Assembly (NCBI GenBank): GCA_033344775.1
Contig: JAWPMT010000002.1
Span: forward strand, 898,685 to 962,684
Direction: 5' to 3'
DNA: 64,000 bases
Source of the DNA: Cytophagales bacterium
Lineage (GTDB): Bacteria > Bacteroidota > Bacteroidia > Cytophagales > Cyclobacteriaceae
The notes under the pieces were generated by a model that was not told the DNA's origin, made no database searches, and saw only the letters and a list, made by a program, of their open reading frames with translations. Within the stretch, counting starts at the first letter, position 1, and each line of letters starts with the position of its first letter. The translations under genes and the position numbers were made by a program. Below, piece by piece: positions 62,754 to 64,000 of this stretch.

Positions 62754-64000
62754 AGCTGAATCCTAGTCTGTCCAGCCCCGCTTTTACTTCGGGAGCGGAC
62801 GTAAATAATTTCCAAAGCAGGCCTGTTCTATAATTTTCGATCATCACAGGGATAGGTCCCTGATCAATGGCCAGGTACCTGGGCTGGTACCACTGATCTT
62901 CTAAGCTAAATGCATCATATGGGCCATATGATCCGACAAGCGTATCAGCTTCCAAATACAAGAACTTCAGGAAGTTCATACTTTCTTCAGGTGTGTAGGG
63001 AAAGGAGGACAATGCGGCCGTGGGAGAGATGACACCAATATCGCGATCCGGTTGATGTCCGGAATACCCCTGAATAGAATAACTTGACGTGAGTCCCCAA
63101 CAATTTCCTCCATAGCCCTTAAAGTCGTTGGGGTTTTGAACGCAATGGGCGTGGTGAATTTTGGCATGATTGACGTTTAACATCCAATAATCACCATACC
63201 TGTCTTTCAAACCTCTGGGATCTAGTCCCAAATAAGAATAGTGCGACCAAAACAATGGCCCGACGGGGGAGTTGTTATCGGCATAATGATCCAAAATGGT
63301 CCGAAATCCAAGGAATTCAATATCTGAAGTGATCTCTCCATTTCTTGCCCAACCTTGGTGATAAACTGCAGGATCAATTGGATAGGTGGGCGAAGATGCC
63401 GCTAATAGATACATGATGAGGCATTCATTGTAACCCCTTACCGCAAAGTTCATGTCCCAGCCATATGTTGGTGACCAGTGCCAGTAAAGTATCTCTTCTT
63501 CTTTGGTGTACCAATTCCACTGTACCGCTTTCCAAAGTTTGTTGATCCTCTCCCTGACCTCCAATTCTTTCTCGTCCTCGCCGTTAAAATATTGTCTGGC
63601 AGTAATCAAACCCTGCATGAGAAACGCTGTTTCTACCAGGTCTCCGCCATCATCTTTTTGGCTAAACGCTTTCGTTTTTCCAGATTCCCCATACCACCAA
63701 TGGGGGAAGGCCCCGTGAAATGTATCAGCCGTCTCCAGGAAATTCAGTATAACAATCATTCTGTCAATCGCATCCGCTCTTTGGATGAAGCCACGCTCTA
63801 TCCCCACAATCAATGCCATGATGCCAAAACCGGAACCCCCTGAGGTCACGACATTCTTGTCATTCTGGGGATAATCTCCGTCCAGATGTGTTCTTTCCCG
63901 GGCCATACCGGAGTGAGGCTCCGCATTCTCCCAGAAATAATTGATCGTCTGTCTTTGCACCACGTTTAACAGCGAATCTTCCGAAAGATCCGCCTCTTTC
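62746..64000 (-). CDS. GH144-family (DUF3131) endo-beta-1,2-glucanase-like protein, N-terminus beyond the window edge
   Basis: The minus frame stays open from the track GTG (63963) to nt 64000 (..KEADLSEDSLLNVVQRQTINYFW..), so the gene is truncated by the window. Family-typical strings are VQRQTINYFWENAEPHSGMARER, GGSGFGIMALIVG and GAFPHWWYG. Confidence 0.8.
   Translation of the reverse strand, partial: KEADLSEDSLLNVVQRQTINYFWENAEPHSGMARERTHLDGDYPQNDKNVVTSGGSGFGIMALIVGIERGFIQRADAIDRMIVILNFLETADTFHGAFPHWWYGESGKTKAFSQKDDGGDLVETAFLMQGLITARQYFNGEDEKELEVRERINKLWKAVQWNWYTKEEEILYWHWSPTYGWDMNFAVRGYNECLIMYLLAASSPTYPIDPAVYHQGWARNGEITSDIEFLGFRTILDHYADNNSPVGPLFWSHYSYLGLDPRGLKDRYGDYWMLNVNHAKIHHAHCVQNPNDFKGYGGNCWGLTSSYSIQGYSGHQPDRDIGVISPTAALSSFPYTPEESMNFLKFLYLEADTLVGSYGPYDAFSLEDQWYQPRYLAIDQGPIPVMIENYRTGLLWKLFTSAPEVKAGLDRLGFSYE

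Overview
This 64-kb segment reads as a Bacteroidota chromosome. Three proteins end in T9SS/Por-type C-terminal sorting domains, and there is an OmpH/Skp chaperone, an Arm-domain tyrosine integrase and a Bacteroides-type ECF sigma factor. All calls come from reading the sequence and the ORF track; no searches were run. The window falls into five blocks. (1) 1-21.6 kb is the 3' part of an NRPS biosynthetic gene cluster. It holds a 5'-truncated terminal synthetase with visible architecture (A)-T-E-C-A-T-C-A-T-C-A-T-TE, a NodU/CmcH-type carbamoyltransferase, an FtsX-type permease, a pterin-dependent aromatic amino-acid hydroxylase, a periplasmic S12 (beta-lactamase-fold) peptidase fused to a cyclic-peptide-type ABC exporter, and an Asp/Glu-type racemase. 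(2) 21.9-23.7 kb holds a GC-rich structured segment and a tyrosine integrase flanked by an imperfect direct repeat. (3) 23.7-33.2 kb is a regulatory block with two divergent paralogous TPR-sensor/histidine-kinase/receiver/AraC single-polypeptide regulators around an orphan ECF sigma factor. Their intergenic region contains four direct repeats on an exact 20-bp phase. (4) 33.8-59.4 kb is an accessory region and the most unusual part of the window. Five secreted proteins, two of them tail-fibre-like, share a conserved C-terminal module that I cannot place in any characterised domain (six copies in total). They are interleaved or co-transcribed with three very large multidomain T9SS cargo enzymes. 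Between them lie mosaics of palindromic repeats and four same-orientation copies of a ~190-nt structured element. (5) 59.8-64 kb holds a decayed sulfatase remnant and a GH144 + GH3 beta-1,2-glucan-type operon that runs off the window edge.
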